Notes: a model not told the origin generated them from the letters alone. Shown: positions 13,247 through 27,509, counted from the whole stretch's first letter. The stretch: 63,095 bases of DNA, filler included, from Sphacelaria rigidula (GCA_964200075.2; 10 parts of 10 records of this genome joined end to end with filler, not necessarily neighbours in it), one strand, 5' to 3'. Program-made: numbers and translations.

Positions 13247-14999
13247 TGATCCTCATTTTTTTGTTCAACCCCATTTATGAGAATCCGCTGTTAGACACAC
13301 TTTTGGGGAGAGCGATGTTTCTCTCGACACAGGACGCAGTCGGGAAAAAGACATGGGAATTCCGATGGACATTATCACTGAAACACGTGCTGCCTGCAAC
13401 ACGTAATGAGTTGGGCCAGCCTTAGAACTGACTTTGAGCTCTCACGCCCATATCTCATCGACACCGACGAATTGGGCCGTGATCCGCACATCATATTAAT
13501 CGTCCGATCAAGGGGCAGATGCCAATCTACTTCAAAATATCCAGTCATACTTTTCTTGTTGATTAAACGCCATGTCGAGTAACCCTATCTACACCGTACG
13601 CACGGAGATAGCGTCCATACATACTCACGTTTATACAAAACCCTGAATGATATGTACAGCGGGTGATGATTTTTGCTGTGAAAATTTCTTGGAGCGCGGA
13701 GAAACGATGGATACCGTCACCTTCATCTGATTCAAAATCTATCTCGAGATATGCGCACATAAGCTTCTATACTAAAATCGATATAGTATGTATATATATA
13801 TCAAGCGAAGAATCACTAAATATGCTTGTCTGGACTTGAGTTTTGCTACGGAGTATCGCAGGGGCAAAACCAAAACAAGACGTCCAGGATGTCAAGATTC
13901 TTCTTGTTATCATCAGTTGAGGACGTTTTTGTGAAATTAACTTACGTTGTTTTTGGCCCTTGAACTCACCTCAGTTTTTTCAACTGTGGTTTTGAAATTT
14001 AGTACGGAGACTCGCAAGGGCATACTGACAACAAAACACAACCGGGCCTTCATACTTTCTTCGTGAGTTAAGAACTCTCGTGAAGAAAACACCTTACTAC
14101 ACCAAAACATTCTCAACTCGCGGAAAAATCAGTATCCGAGGGATTCTATGGTAGGAGTGCACTTTTCACAAAAGTGTTCTTAGGCTGCACAGTAAGGCCG
14201 AGATACTTGTCATCCGGAGGCTCCGCCAGTGCAGGGCCTCAGAGAGAAAACGTGCATCTCTACGGTAGAACCACTCATCCCGCAGTTTATTACTATTATT
14301 ATCATGCCCTTGCGATTCTGCACACGAAATTTCAAACCACCAGTATCGAATCTGAGCTGCTTAATGACCTACAACATACAGCTCCGTTTGTCGACCGGGC
14401 CAGGCCGTGAACCCGGAATTCTTGCCTCAATTTAACAGTTTATACCGAAATATGTAGACTAGTCCACAGCATATGGGATGGCAACGCACACACACACTTT
14501 CAAATTTGGTTTGGAGAATCGCTATTTTAGGGCACGATAAAAAAAAAAAGTTTTTTTTCATGACTTGGGGACGTTTTAGCGAAAACTGGATATCGTTTTT
14601 TTGCCTTAACTCATGAAAATAACATCAGTGTTCCATGTTTCTCCAAATCATGCCCTCGCAGTTTCCCATATCAACTTAGAAAGTACAACTCTTGAATTGA
14701 GGCGAGAATCTGCCCGCAGCGTAAAAATCCGTTTCTAGGCTGGACTAACTCGTACACCTACACAACCGAGTCCGAACAAAAAGGTGGACACCAACAGCAC
14801 GAGCTCATATATACGCTGTATTGTTTATTTTCACGGCAATCCGTTCATAATTGGAAGAGGTCCGGCCGTGTTTGTGCAACAGAAGTTGCTCACGATAGGG
14901 CCATTGATCATTTGTGGTCGTGTCATACGGCATCCGTCCGATATAAATCGTCGTGTCTCACGCAATTTTGAAAAAGATCCCCTGGCCAAAAATGTCGTA

Positions 15000-15603
15000 C
15001 TTCCTCTGTCTCATTAGTCTGGGCACTTATGGGCGTTTAATCGTTTGGGTATTTCAACGTTGACGATCATCCTACGGTTGGGTTCGTTAGAGGGGCAAAG
15101 CGCAGACGAAGCTGATGAAGACAAACACGACAAACAAAAATTGTTTTCATCCCTGAATTTATGTCAAAACACACCACTTTTGACCTTTTTTGATCATATA
15201 TATACCCCCATCATCGGCCGATTTTGGATGTTTTCGCGTCGAGCACTAGCAATTACATGCTAACAAAATGTTAGATGGGGCGTGCGTAGGTTAACATCAC
15301 GGACATGCCCAAAATCAATGGTGGTTTCGCGATTTTCACATTTTATGGCCCATTTTTTTCGATTTTTCGTGTTCCCGGGTCTCTCATGCTTTCCTGGAAA
15401 AACGAGCGACAAATGACCGTTTTTGGACCGACCTACTTTTTCTCGGTCGCGAGGCTGCATGGGTCAAGCACTCACGTTGTAGAAAGAATGTTGGTTTTAG
15501 CTAAAAAAACGCCGGCGAATGCAAGAAAAAGATCGAAAATAAAATATCACACCGTTGAGGGCTCGTACAACCGTAAGTGCCTAGACTTATGAGACAGAGG
15601 AAA
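15000..15603. mobile_element. Tc1/mariner-type (Stowaway-like) MITE, 604 bp
   Basis: ~33-bp TIR CTTCCTCTGTCTCATTAGTCTGGGCACTTATGG / CCGTAAGTGCCTAGACTTATGAGACAGAGGAAA, with TA on both sides (14998-14999, 15604-15605). Confidence 0.8.
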
Positions 15604-17699
15604 TAGTCAGCTAATCATAAGCTACGGCTCGAGCTACTCATTGCCTATACTGGGAAAGTGGGGTCAGAAGTTGATGTGTGCTTGTGCCTCAGGTCCGGGC
15701 TGTGAAACGGGTGTGTGCCGCAATAATCATTGCGCCGCTAGTTTATGTTGCCCGTCATGGCAAATAGCCCAAAGCGAAGTATCGAAAATTCCAAAATAAT
15801 GTTAAAATGGCAGGCTTGCCGCCCCAAACAAAAGCGCCGTCGCTATTATTACTTGGGGGGATCGCGGCGACCAACCAACGTGCCTCTTTCACTCGCTACT
15901 TTTCTTTGTCACGTTGACCGTGTAACCGCCTGGATAAGTCATTTGTTGAAACGGCGTTGTGTTCACTTCGGAAACACCCAAGGACCCAAATGACCCACAC
16001 TGGCCGTCAAACGGTTGAGATGGGCCATAAGCTGTCGGTTGAAATTGCGCAAAAATATCTGTGAGGCCACTTCAGACGACGGTTGATTTTTAATGGAAAA
16101 TCGGACGATTCCGGATATTATGGGATAGAAACTTCCGGCAGGAAGATGCGTTTCCTTGGCGCTCATAAGCGCACTTTCGATGTTCAAACTCAAGCCTGCT
16201 GCAAATAACGACAGTACAGGGCCAGTGAATATACCATTAGGGTGAAGACGGCGAGTGGCCCAGGAAGCCGAATCGTTTGTCAAAGAAAGCGATGGTAAGG
16301 GCACGGTGTTCAGAGTCTAACATAACAAAAATACCGTCAGGTATCTTGCTGAGTAGTGCTTCGGTAAGCTAGTTACTCACCAGGGTGTAGGCGACGATAA
16401 AGCCCATAAAACGAAATCACGTGTCCGAGCAACCTATGGACGGACACGGTATACCCAGTTTAAACGCAATAAAGACTGCGGGCGCGTCTTGCTAGATCGT
16501 ACCCAGTGAAGCTTCCCACCGTGTCAATCAAACGTCGGAAACACTGAGTATATATCGCGTGCTAATGAACACAGTCGACAGCTCCACTAGGTATGATCTA
16601 GATAGATGCCCTGCGGTCTCCTTTCGGTTTGTGCTCTGAGTACCTTGTCCTCCCATCGGTGTCTGCGACACAAGATTCGTTTTTTGAGCAGCTCTTCGCC
16701 TAAACCTTACTGCGTCAATTAGACAGCCAAATGTTCTTGACAGTGGGCAGCTTCACGAGAGACGATCCAGCAAGATACCCTACGGTCGTTTTGTACGAGA
16801 CTCTTGCGCACCGTGTCCGTCCATGGGTTCGACGACATCCCGCGATTTCGCCCACATGAGCATTTCGCCGCCTAAACTCTATCATGGCAAGTCGCACCCC
16901 CTCCACACACCACATAGTGCCTCGTGTACCACCTCGGTAATGTCTACCGCTCACCACCCTGCCCCTACCTATGCTTGTTGGAGAAGTGTCCTCCTGGTGA
17001 CGGTCGGCGCGGCAGAGGTGTGCTTAGTCTTTGAGGGAAAATCTTCGCAAAAAATCTGAAGTTGAGTTAAACGCGCACACCTTGGGGGCGGCTTTAGCTC
17101 AAGTGTTACTCTTTTCGCCCGCTATTGTTTCGTGTCAAAGTTTATCCGCCAAAGCTAGTTTAGTCTAGAACAGCCTTGCCTTCAGCGTCTGGGTACCTGC
17201 TGCTGTCAAATCGTTCAGTGCTACATTGAACTGTACGCGGTTTTCACTGTCGCGGACTTTTCATGCCCAGCCGTTTTGATGTCCTCCCAATGTGCCCTGT
17301 CCCACCCCGTCGGATCAGGTCCCAAATGGTGTACTAGACGACCAAGAACGCATACCCGAGGTCAACTCTAGACACAACGCACCAAGGGACGAAGAGAAAA
17401 CGTTGACTCCGGAAACGAGTGTGGGTGGCGTGGATGAGCTCGTTCGTGTACCGGTGGCGGGCTTCAGGTAACACCATCGATGGTACTCTTCAAAATACGA
17501 GGTCACGGTATGGCGCAGGCAAAATCAGATTGCCACTAATCTGACCCGGTACTTCGACGTCTTCTCGTACAGCAGGATTTCCATGCAAAGTGATTAAAAC
17601 GTCGCCTCACACCATAGTTCTCCAGAGGTGGCTAGCTGTGGAAAAACGCTCCAAAACGACCCAAAACATTCGTGTACAGTAGCGCCAACATTCAGCCGT

Positions 17700-18750
17700 G
17701 ATTCCGGTATTGTCGTTTCACATGTAAATGGAAGAAATCATCGAGGTTTTTGACATGTTTGCCGTATCGTTTTTCACGAGCCTGCTGGGTTTTCTGATCT
17801 CTTTCAGTTGATCGGTGTCTCCGTGGACAGCACCGTTCGATCACATCCATCCCTAGGCAATACTGCTCCGCCTGCGTGTTGTGCCTCAACCTCGAGACGG
17901 TAGTGTCATATAACCTGGTTTTCGATCACATGTGGACGGCGTGTACCCATTGGACTCATGAATATGTGCACATCGATGTCAGGACATTATTTATGCAGGG
18001 GAGGCAGTTTCTACTCTCCGCTTCGTACATGATACTCGCGGCTTTTCTTCCTGACATCAAGCGGTACAATAGTCACTCATTTGTAATCCAGTTTTTCGTA
18101 CAACATACCGGCAGAAGTTGAGCCCCGTGACTCGAAAGCAATGTATCGTATTTTCATACGAAGGATAACCGCTTTCTTGAGTAGGCAGACGTCATTAGTC
18201 GACTACTCCTGTATATTGGGAGTCTATGGTCGGCATGAAACTATTGTAAACACGTGGAAGTAAGTCTAACGTGTTCTTGGTCATCAATTGACCGTGATAT
18301 CTCCCGAGTGTCGACCGACAGAGCTTATCGATTACGGCAAAGTTGTGACGTCCCGAGATATGTTATCGTGGAAGCTGGTCATCTGGTGTGCCGTTGGTAT
18401 CGCTAGTTGTACGCAAGAGCTAGGTATTCACCTGTCAATACAGGGTAGCGGCCTCTAGAGGCCTGGTATTTTTGGAATCCCGCGATGGCCGTATTTGGAG
18501 AGTTGCGGGCTACACATGCAAGTTTGGGGCAGCATATTCTACGCAAGCTCTCCTACGCCAGCTGTATACTTTCCTTTGGCTCCATCCGAGGTGCCGTCCA
18601 AGTCTGACGACGGTATCTGGCTTCAGCCTAGGCGGCGACATCAGGGGGTGCATCACTCCCGTACGAGCAAATTTGAGGCAACGGTGCATGACGACGTGAA
18701 TTCGTGAAATGTGTTTGTCGTCCAGGGTTGAGCAACATATCGACACCGTA
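17700..18750 (-). pseudogene. Possible heavily decayed Gypsy-type integrase remnant
   Basis: Scattered fragments in the expected order (RPLEAA, GRHNFAVIDK, HESNGYTP, QQAREKRY) with many stops and frameshifts. Confidence 0.25.
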
Positions 18751-20129
18751 CGTCCGCGGCAAGCGAAACTGACACTTTCTACAATAGCCCCCCCCCCAAA
18801 CCAGCTAAAAGTGTTACGAAAAAGATGGCCATACAGCGCCTGATGTTCTGGTTCAGGCTGNNNNNNNNNNNNNNNNNNNNNNNNNNNNNNNNNNNNNNNN
18901 NNNNTTAATTAATTAANNNNNNNNNNNNNNNNNNNNNNNNNNNNNNNNNNNNNNNNNNNNGGAACTATTCCTGGCAACAGTAACCCCACGAAAGCGCTTC
19001 CGAGCGAAACTAAATCCAATAAATGGACACAATCCCGGGGAGCGGTTGGTTCTCATTTCAAAATACGTTCTTATTTTTCTGGCAACCCTGTTCTTTCCTG
19101 TATTTTTTATCGCGCGAAGGGTTCAGCAGCCCCTTTCCGTCGTCAACCGTGAAGTTGATTTTTGTGTACCCACGACATTTTCGCCCTCCACTGTTGGGCA
19201 AAGCGTGAGAGGAAGATGTTTATCGTCAAAATTGCATCTTGACCTTGTCTTGACAACAAATACACAAAGTCCAGACGGAAAAAGTAAAGGCGCACTAAAA
19301 CACCTTCGCGGAATAACCGGTATCGCTTATAACCGGTATCGCTTTCCATGTATGTATATCTATTATGAAGGAGCAAAAACACATACATTACTGCTGAGCA
19401 TGAACTCTTCCTGACGATGGCAAAAAATGCAGACTGAAAGCAAGACACAGCAGAAGGTCGTGGGAGTTGACCACAACGGAAAGCGGGTACGCGCAAACTT
19501 TGAAAGACTCACAGGTTGGGTCATTCACACCAATGTGATGTCTCCTGTATATTCGTGTATGCATGTTCCCGTTTTACACAATCAAATTTCCGTTTCAGAA
19601 TTGAAATGTCAGATCCACAATCATCAGGGTTCCGCGTATTGGTTATCACTCGCAAACTTTCACGCACTGAGAGGTCAGGTCGAAGGTCGAATCTCGCCCT
19701 CGTCCAAGGTGACCGGTGATGGGAAAAAATTGCCCTGTCTCATCGAGCTTTTGAAAATGAATAATGTCACAGGGTGAAGTAGAGCTGAAGGGTTTAGTGA
19801 AATGTACTGTTGTAAGAGTAGGTCTAATTGACCCGCTTGCACGGGAGCGTTCGCACGTAATTTTAGTCAGACATATATTCGTCATCAGACAGGAGGTGGT
19901 AAAAAACAAAGAATCTGATTATGAGAATGGTATCCACCGTTTCAATGCAGATCGGGCCATGAGCGCTTGTGCGGCCACGGCTACGGCTCCGACACCTTGC
20001 TGTAGTATCAATCAACACATCCTCCAAGTTTCGGCGTCATGGCAAGCGAGGTGCGGGTTTTCTTGGCGCCTAACCTTCAAAAACACAGCCTCCATATTAT
20101 CCAAAAGGAACAACACTGAGATATGATAA

Positions 20130-20465
20130 GAGGTGCAAAACTATTTCTCCGAGGTTCGAATCGTTGGGAGCCCCCTATCTCACCAGAAAAACAACTGATG
20201 ATATATGTGGGAGCACGCCACGATAAACGTTCCAATGGGCCAGCGATATCCCGAATGGGTTCGAAAAGAGATAACGTCGTGACCCATATTCTTGCAGCAG
20301 CCACTGAATGATCAAGATCTGGACTCAAATGAATCATGCCGCGGTAGGCGTTGCATATTCAGGCTCAGATGTTTCTCCTTGATGGGTTCCCAACTTAGGA
20401 GCTACACAAGACTTTGGGTGAGGACATCCCCGTTTCGAAATCCATTCGAGATATCCCCAGTCCAT
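20130..20465. mobile_element. Two oppositely oriented fragments of MITE family A
   Basis: 20130-20293 (+) and ~20338-20465 (-) both align to the interior GATATCCCGAATG...GACCCATATTCTTG. Confidence 0.65.
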
Positions 20466-21688
20466 AGGGACACATGGGGACGCTAATCGCGGCGTGCATG
20501 CTCTCACATACTTCGTACCATGTTTTTTGGCCGAGATCAAGGGCTCCTGAAATTCAAAGCTGTGAAAAACAAAATTATCCTCTAACTGTGGCGTGACTCG
20601 AACATGCAACTCCTGCCTTAGCGTCACATCAGGTTAATTGTTGTCTGGCGCAAATGGTTCACACGTCGGATAAGACCCCCTTCCCGATGGGATTGTTCGG
20701 GGGGGGGAATGCGTTGATTTTGTCCCCAAGGAGAAAGCGCGGCAGGGACAAGGGTTTTAAGCCAGTAGTATAGGGTAAGCAAGTTCAAGGGAAACCTCCC
20801 GCGTATTTAGGGGTGTCACCATTCGAGTGTAACTGGTCCTGACGGTGCATCATGACCCCTGCGGGTAGTTACGGGGGAGGGGGGGGGGGGGTAATCATGA
20901 TTTTGTAGGCCGCAGCCATATGTGATACAAGTAAACGGCAGTCTCCGTGTTGTCAGCATTTGCTTAACTCTACAGTGCAGGTTGATCACTGAACTAGGCA
21001 AACAACAAAACTTCGGTCAACGATTACGAAATTTCACTGTTTCGTGTGGGACCTTGCATTCTACTTATTATTTGACCGCCAATCATTTGTGCACGAGTTC
21101 GTTCATATTTATTTACTACAGGTCGACCCCCTTCAAATCTGCTCATAAAATACTCAAGCTCCAAACCGTCTCACCGTTGACCTTGTAACAATCGTAGCTC
21201 ACAGTACGTGGGGAGACAGTCCAACGCAGTACAGTACACGTCGATCGTCAGGATATCCTTGTTCACAGCTTCAGGTGATTCGATTTATTTTGTTCCTTGG
21301 TGGTGTTGATAGCCAGAGTCTTCTCGAGAAGTTCTTCTGAACACCAGGGCATCCTAGCGTTGCACCGATTCTTAGAAAGAATCGGATTCAACCGGATGTA
21401 AAAGGCATGTTTTCATGCACTCCGTATCTTGACGGATTACTAAACATCCTCACCCCTGACCGCAGGTACTAGCCAGTTCCCGCGATCAGCCCTCCGGGCG
21501 CGTATCTTCGTTCCGAATCAACGGCCCATCATTGTACTGTCCCCCTTCCATCGCATCACGCCGCGATCCGTGACATATGACCATTGACGTCGCATCCTTC
21601 CAAAGCCGGGATGGACCACGCCGGGTCTTCGCCGAACCAAGCTCGCGATCACCTGGCGCGAAGCGCCGTGATGTGTTCGGCGAGTCGT

Positions 21689-21947
21689 GAGTGATGCTAC
21701 GGTAGGGGTACACAAATATTTTCTGAGGTTAGAATATTGTCAGGAGCCCTTTATCTCATCCCAGACACGAGTTATGAAAATATGCGACAGTACACCAGGA
21801 TTACTATTTCAATGTGCTGGGGATATCCCGAATAAATCTTCAAACGGGGATGCCCTAACCCATATTCTTGTGCATCTAGAATCGTTAGGAGCCCCTGAAC
21901 CAGACAAAAATTCGCGAAAAAAGTGTACCCCTACCGCAGCATTGCTA
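21689..21947 (+). mobile_element. MITE family A copy
   Basis: GAGTGATGCTACGGTAGGGGTACAC / GTGTACCCCTACCGCAGCATTGCTA; flanks TCGT / TCGC (4-bp TSD with one mismatch). Confidence 0.88.
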
Positions 21948-22755
21948 TCGCACAAAGGGTGAGCTGCGTCCTGCCAAAGTGTACTGATTACCTTGCATAT
22001 GGATGACAGGCTTCAATGAGTTACTTCATTCTCTGACATCGCCACTTCCAGACTGCCTCATAATAGGTGTTTCATCATTTAACCACAACATAGCACGATC
22101 ATCCCCTTCGCGCGGACTTCGGGACCTTCTTCCACACTAGATGATCTAGCTCGACCACCATCATGGTTACCGCGAAAAAAGAGCAAGCAAAGGGAAAAAT
22201 ATTAACGCCGTTGCCTAGCATATGTAACGAGTGGGGTGTTTCACAGCGCGTCGTTGCCGACCGACGCCCATCATTCGTATGTAGCAAGCCCTGACGGTGC
22301 ATCATGACCTCCGCGTACTTACGGCAGGAAAGGAACAGCGTGTTCCCCTTAAATCAGCATCATTGTCAGTCATTTCCAAGTCAAAATGATACCGATTCAC
22401 GGAAACAAAAATCGTCAATGAGGTTCAAAAGGGTTAGGAAGATAATAGGCGTTCGACTTTTCTTCTTTTTTTTCTTTTTTTTCCATTGTTCAATTGTGTC
22501 TTTTAATTTGACTTGTACTTTCCTCTTGTTTTCCTCTTTCTTGCTTCAGGTCGGCCATTTCTTTCTGCGCTTTGGTTGTGTTGAATTTCTATTACTTTTT
22601 TTGTCACGACTTAGTCTGCTATGTCGCTCTGTTCGACCCCTCTTTCTTTTCTTTCTCTTCTTTTCCTTTTTCCTGTTCCTATTGATTTCTGTTCCTTTTT
22701 TATCTTTCCTTAGAGCATGTTTGAATTCCGTTTTTTTTTAGTATGTCTATCATGA

Positions 22756-22813
22756 GACCACGGCTGGACCCCTGGGGGGTCAGTTAAAGTGCGACAATCA
22801 ATCAATCAATCAA
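22756..22813 (+). mobile_element. Retroposon 3' end with (CAAT)n tail, preceded by a T-rich tract from ~22455
   Basis: GACCACGG CTG G ACCCC TGG GGGGT CAG TTAAAGTG then (CAAT)4. Confidence 0.6.
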
Positions 22814-25359
22814 ATTGATACCGGTAACGTGTTTATATAATGAAATTGTTATCCGATCACCAACGGCTCATATGTCGGGTTATCCATTCGGATGAAATTC
22901 GGTCTCACTTGTTAGCGTCCGCAGCCCTATTGCAACGTATGTACATGCGATCAGAAATCAGGAAACTTGGAATAAGCCGCCAAAGATGGCGACAAAATGC
23001 TGGCGAGTTCAGCGATTGGACGAAGGGATCTTTCCCATGAGTCATTGAGTGATGGCATGTACCCATACGACTGCCGGCTGCTGGACACAAGCTGTTGCCC
23101 GCGAACGCGAGCATACGCAGCTCGTTGTCAAAATGTGACGATCAGTTATGACTAATTGAATAACGTCAGGTTTCGTCGACAAAATTTCCTTCTCCAGCAG
23201 CTCGGAGCGTTCAGAAGGCACATCACACATCACACGCTAGAAGCACGAGAATAATAATCGAATAAATCACACGGTGTTCCGTGTAGTAGGCAGCATTCTT
23301 CCATGTGTTCGTACTTCTCCCATGCAGCTGTAGTCCGAATGAAAAAAACATTAGAAGATAGCCGACACCCACGCTGGTGGAACAAGAACGGAGATGGCGG
23401 CTACGCATCGAGGGTGGGCAGGTCCTCCTCCCCTACCTACACACGACAGCCTAATTCATTGACGCTGCAAATTCCTTCATAACTCAACACGACCTCGGGA
23501 AACATAACTCCGACCACTTTGTTTCGCACCGGCTATCGGCATATGAGCCGACACATCCGTGCGGGACACTGATCCCCCGCCAATGGCAATACCCATGTAC
23601 CATGAGAATCGTGTGCAAAAGCATAACACAGTTAGAGCAACGGAGCAGCTGCAACCAGCCATCGTAGTGGCAGCTTCAACGAGTGGCGTGTGCGAGCTCT
23701 GTGGAGAACGTCTTGGCCGGACCCGTCCTTGCTGCAAACGGCGAATTGAATGCACCAGAATGCACTAGGCTGAACACGCATGATGGACCGTGTGCAACGA
23801 GCTGCCTTGAATAACTTGGCTACCCGCAGCGGTACCACCAACTGTTTTACTTGTTTACACACTCCATCTCGCAGCGAGACTCATCAGAGCACTTGAGTAG
23901 CCAGTAGCCAAGATCTCTATGCTTACAACTCAAAATGCGCAGGAAGTTAGCAAAAACAAGCTTTGCTCCGCAGCGCATTTTTCAACCCAACATCAACTAC
24001 AGCAAAAGCCTAAATTAACGTTTCAGCGCCAAGAGCAGCATAACAACCGACCTGGGTACACGTTTCCCCCCGCAACAACTGGAACAACAGGCAAACATCT
24101 ACTAGAACAGCCTTCCTCAGAAAATGCTTCGTGTATCGTAGCAGCACTGAAGGACAGCCGAAAAAATATTTCTTCAGGGCTACACGAGTGTCTGTACTCG
24201 TAGTCACAATACCAGCACTCAAGACACACCTCGCCTGGTAACGCTCACGATGGCGCGAGGCGGGATCGAGTCCTTGTAAACCAGCACATTACTGGGATAA
24301 TACTTCTGTACTTGTGAGGAAAAAAAAAAAACTTCATGAGGATACGCAGACACTGGGAAAGAACGGCCACCACGTCCATTTGCGCCCTTCCCCTACAGGA
24401 CAACACACGAGCAAAACGCCCCCAAGGCAACATCTCCAGACGTCAAACGAGAGGAGAGGTGCTTCTCGATGGGTGTTGGGCTCAAAGCCTGCTCGAGGGA
24501 CAGTCGTACTCCCTGCATAGGGCACCTACGGCGCGGTTTCTCACAACTGGAGACAATATTTTGCTGAGTAGGACACTCATTCTCGAAGCTATGCACTCGG
24601 GGTAACAAGCCGCATTCTCGGTTCAGTGAACAACACTTCCACCACAGTGCGAGAGAAACGCCAACAACCACGGTGCCGCTGTCCGACATGTAACGTGATC
24701 CAGCTTGCCGGAAAATACAAAGTCAGAACCAGCATTCCACCTGCCGGACACCGTTCGTTTTCCCTGGATAATCCGTGCCCGCTTGTACTGCACGGGAGAC
24801 ACATCCCATTCACTCATTTTCTCATGTTCCTACCGTTTACAACTTTTTTACCCAGCAACGTCATTAGGGAGATACACTTCCGAGATACACCACAAGTACT
24901 AGCTACACCCCGTTGTTGCCGACATTACTGTCGACAGTTCCCCTCTCATGTGATGTGACCTGCTCCCCCGAAAAAAACGAACAAACGAAAATACACTTGG
25001 AAACGAAATCTAGCCCTTACCCCCTGCCTTCTCCTCTGTCGAACAACCACCATCGTCTACAACGAAACAAAATGGGGTATAGTAGTGACTGATCTGGCAA
25101 CGCTCTCATAGGCCATGCGGCGAAATGGAACGTGACTAGTGAACAATGATTCCCTCTCCAACACGAGGTTCGACCAACTCNNNNNNNNNNNNNNNNNNNN
25201 NNNNNNNNNNNNNNNNNNNNNNNNTTAATTAATTAANNNNNNNNNNNNNNNNNNNNNNNNNNNNNNNNNNNNNNNNNNNNCGCTGAAAGTGTGGGGAAAG
25301 CACTGTTTCAGGCTTGAATCTCATCTCGGAGTTAAACCTCAACTCGCACAATTTGTTGT

Positions 25360-25465
25360 TATGTTGTGAAAGAAAATTCCAGATCGTGTGACTGCTCTGA
25401 GGTTTGAACCGACGACCCAACCGCCATAAGGTTTGAGGGTTACCAACTGAGCCACCAGAGCGACC
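25360..25465 (-). mobile_element. tRNA-derived SINE head
   Basis: Reverse complement GGTCGCTCTGGTGGCTCAGTTGG...GGTTCAAACC..CAGTCACACGATCTGG with Pol III A and B boxes; matches the 39924 and 59648 copies. Confidence 0.75.
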
Positions 25466-25744
25466 GTCTGCCGACTAAAATACGAAAAATAGAAGCCGGC
25501 ACCTCATGACAAAAAAACGCATGTATGGCAGAGCAGAAGCAGCAGCAACAACAACAACAGCAGTCCAGAGACAAGAAGTGGGAAGTACAGTCGAGACGAT
25601 TCGACATGCGAGCAAGATCACAGCATGCTTCCGGTGTGCGGCGAGATTGGACGGAGAGTCGTTCCGCGATTCAACTTTCAAGTGACCTGTATACGGTAAG
25701 AGGTGGCATCTCCGACGGTCAAAGGGTCACAAAGAGACCCCGTT

Positions 25745-26175
25745 TCGCCGTATTCTAAAAGCAAGTGAAAAAGTGCACCTGTCTCAGAGCCTCTAGGCAC
25801 GATTCTGACAGTCCTGTGTGCGGTGTGACATGGACGCACGAAGGGTCTACCGCCATGGCGAGGAAAGAAGGCGGAAGACACCATGCAGAGCACTGCTATG
25901 GAAGCGATGCTCCCGAAACCTCCTGAAGGGGAATCATGCAATGCTGCTTCGTCAGAGCTTGAGAGAACGAAATAACCCCGTTCGCTGTACTCCAAAATCA
26001 AGTAAGAGCAAATAAATGCTCGCCTCTCTGACCTTCTGAGAACGACCGAATGACACCGTGTCGCGGTACTCTCCAATCAAGTGTGAGCAAATGATGGCCT
26101 CTCAGAGCTTGTGGGAACGACGGGATGACCCCATTTAGCCGTACTCTGAAACCAAGTGAAAAAGTGCACCTGCAT
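25745..26175 (+). repeat. Degenerate ~75-79-bp tandem repeat
   Basis: Core GTA[CT]TC.....CAAGT recurs at ~25750, 25987, 26065, 26141; CAAGTGAAAAGTGCACCTG occurs twice. Confidence 0.55.
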
Positions 26176-26369
26176 CCAAGGCTCTTCAACGGCGAAAAAG
26201 ATGAATGAGTTAATTGATATATATATATATATGGGTTTACTCAGCCACCTACACAACATATAAAAATGAGTGTTACCCCGCATGCGACAGAGGCGGTCAT
26301 GGGGTCACTAGATAAGACATTATGCCACCCCACACCCCCCTTCCCACCTCCCCACCCCTGAACGCAGGA

Positions 26370-27445
26370 ACAGGAGAAACCGGGGGGCACAGCATAGAGG
26401 AAGTGGCGCGTTTGGCTCAAGCGCTGGTGCTGGGGGGCGTTGGGGGTAGCATTTACAAGACGTATAAAGCGCGTTTTGAGGCGTAGGATAAGATGCGCAA
26501 TGCACAGGGAAAATCACCATAGATGACTGAAAACGATGAACCGGATGACGTGATCGATGCACTGACCGAATTCATGGCTATGCGGTGTTTCGTACACAAC
26601 ACCCAACAATCCACCATAAGAGATTACCTCGCCGCCATCAAGTAGTTTCACAAAGTGTATGTCGGATGGGACTTGCCTACAACGCATGGCAGGATTCGGG
26701 TTGTAGAAAAAGGGATTGATAGAGCACATGCATCGACTCAAAGAAAACCGCACATCAGGCGGCCGTTGACTTGGGCATTGCTAAAACAAGGGCAACATAC
26801 AACAATCGAGAACCCGGATGGGGGTCATGTTATGTGACTTGGTCTCGCGCTCTCGTGTTTTTTACTGTGCAGGGCATCCGAGTTCTGGGTGTACCCCGAC
26901 GGTACCGTCCATCCAGAATTCTGCTTAACCCGCAATTGCATCAGTTTTTTCCGGGGAGACGTAGAGTTAGATTTTGCGAACCGCGCGTTTGCAAACCAAT
27001 TGGAGATTCACTTCGTTGTCTCGGAATCCGATGAAAAAGAATGGGTTGCATCATTACGAGAACGAGTATAGATGATTCGGTTTGATCAGGCGGAGTACCG
27101 GCGGGCGCGTTCGAGGCGCTGTTGGATTTGTTGGACGTGTACCCACAACTGCCAGGCCACGCACCTCTGACCACGAGAGCCACGCCAACGGGATGGAAGG
27201 CATTTACTCGGATTGAAGCGGTATCCGCGTGAAGAACCATGGTCAGCCGTGCGGGTAGAGATTCGTCTCAATACGCTTTACACTCAGGCAGGATAGGTGG
27301 CGCCGCGCAACGAGCAGCTCGAGGATCCCTGAACTACAGATCCAACGAGCAGGACGGTGGAAGTCGAGGGCCTTTATGGTATATGTCAAGGAGGCGGGAG
27401 AGGGCGTAGAGGGCGTCCCCGCCGCGCCAGGAAAACAGCGAGTAG
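26370..27445 (+). pseudogene. Tyrosine recombinase of a DIRS-order (Ngaro/PAT-like) retrotransposon, disrupted
   Basis: Hand translation across stops and frameshifts: STIRDYLAAIK*FHK, RRPLTW, FLLCRASE (catalytic Arg), YALHSGRIGGA (HxxR), QIQRAGRWKSRAFMVYVK (W and catalytic Tyr). Confidence 0.9.
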
Positions 27446-27509
27446 GGTAGCCAGATGTTCAAGGATAGGGCCTAACAAGATACTCGACTGTCAATCAGGC
27501 TCGCCTAAT

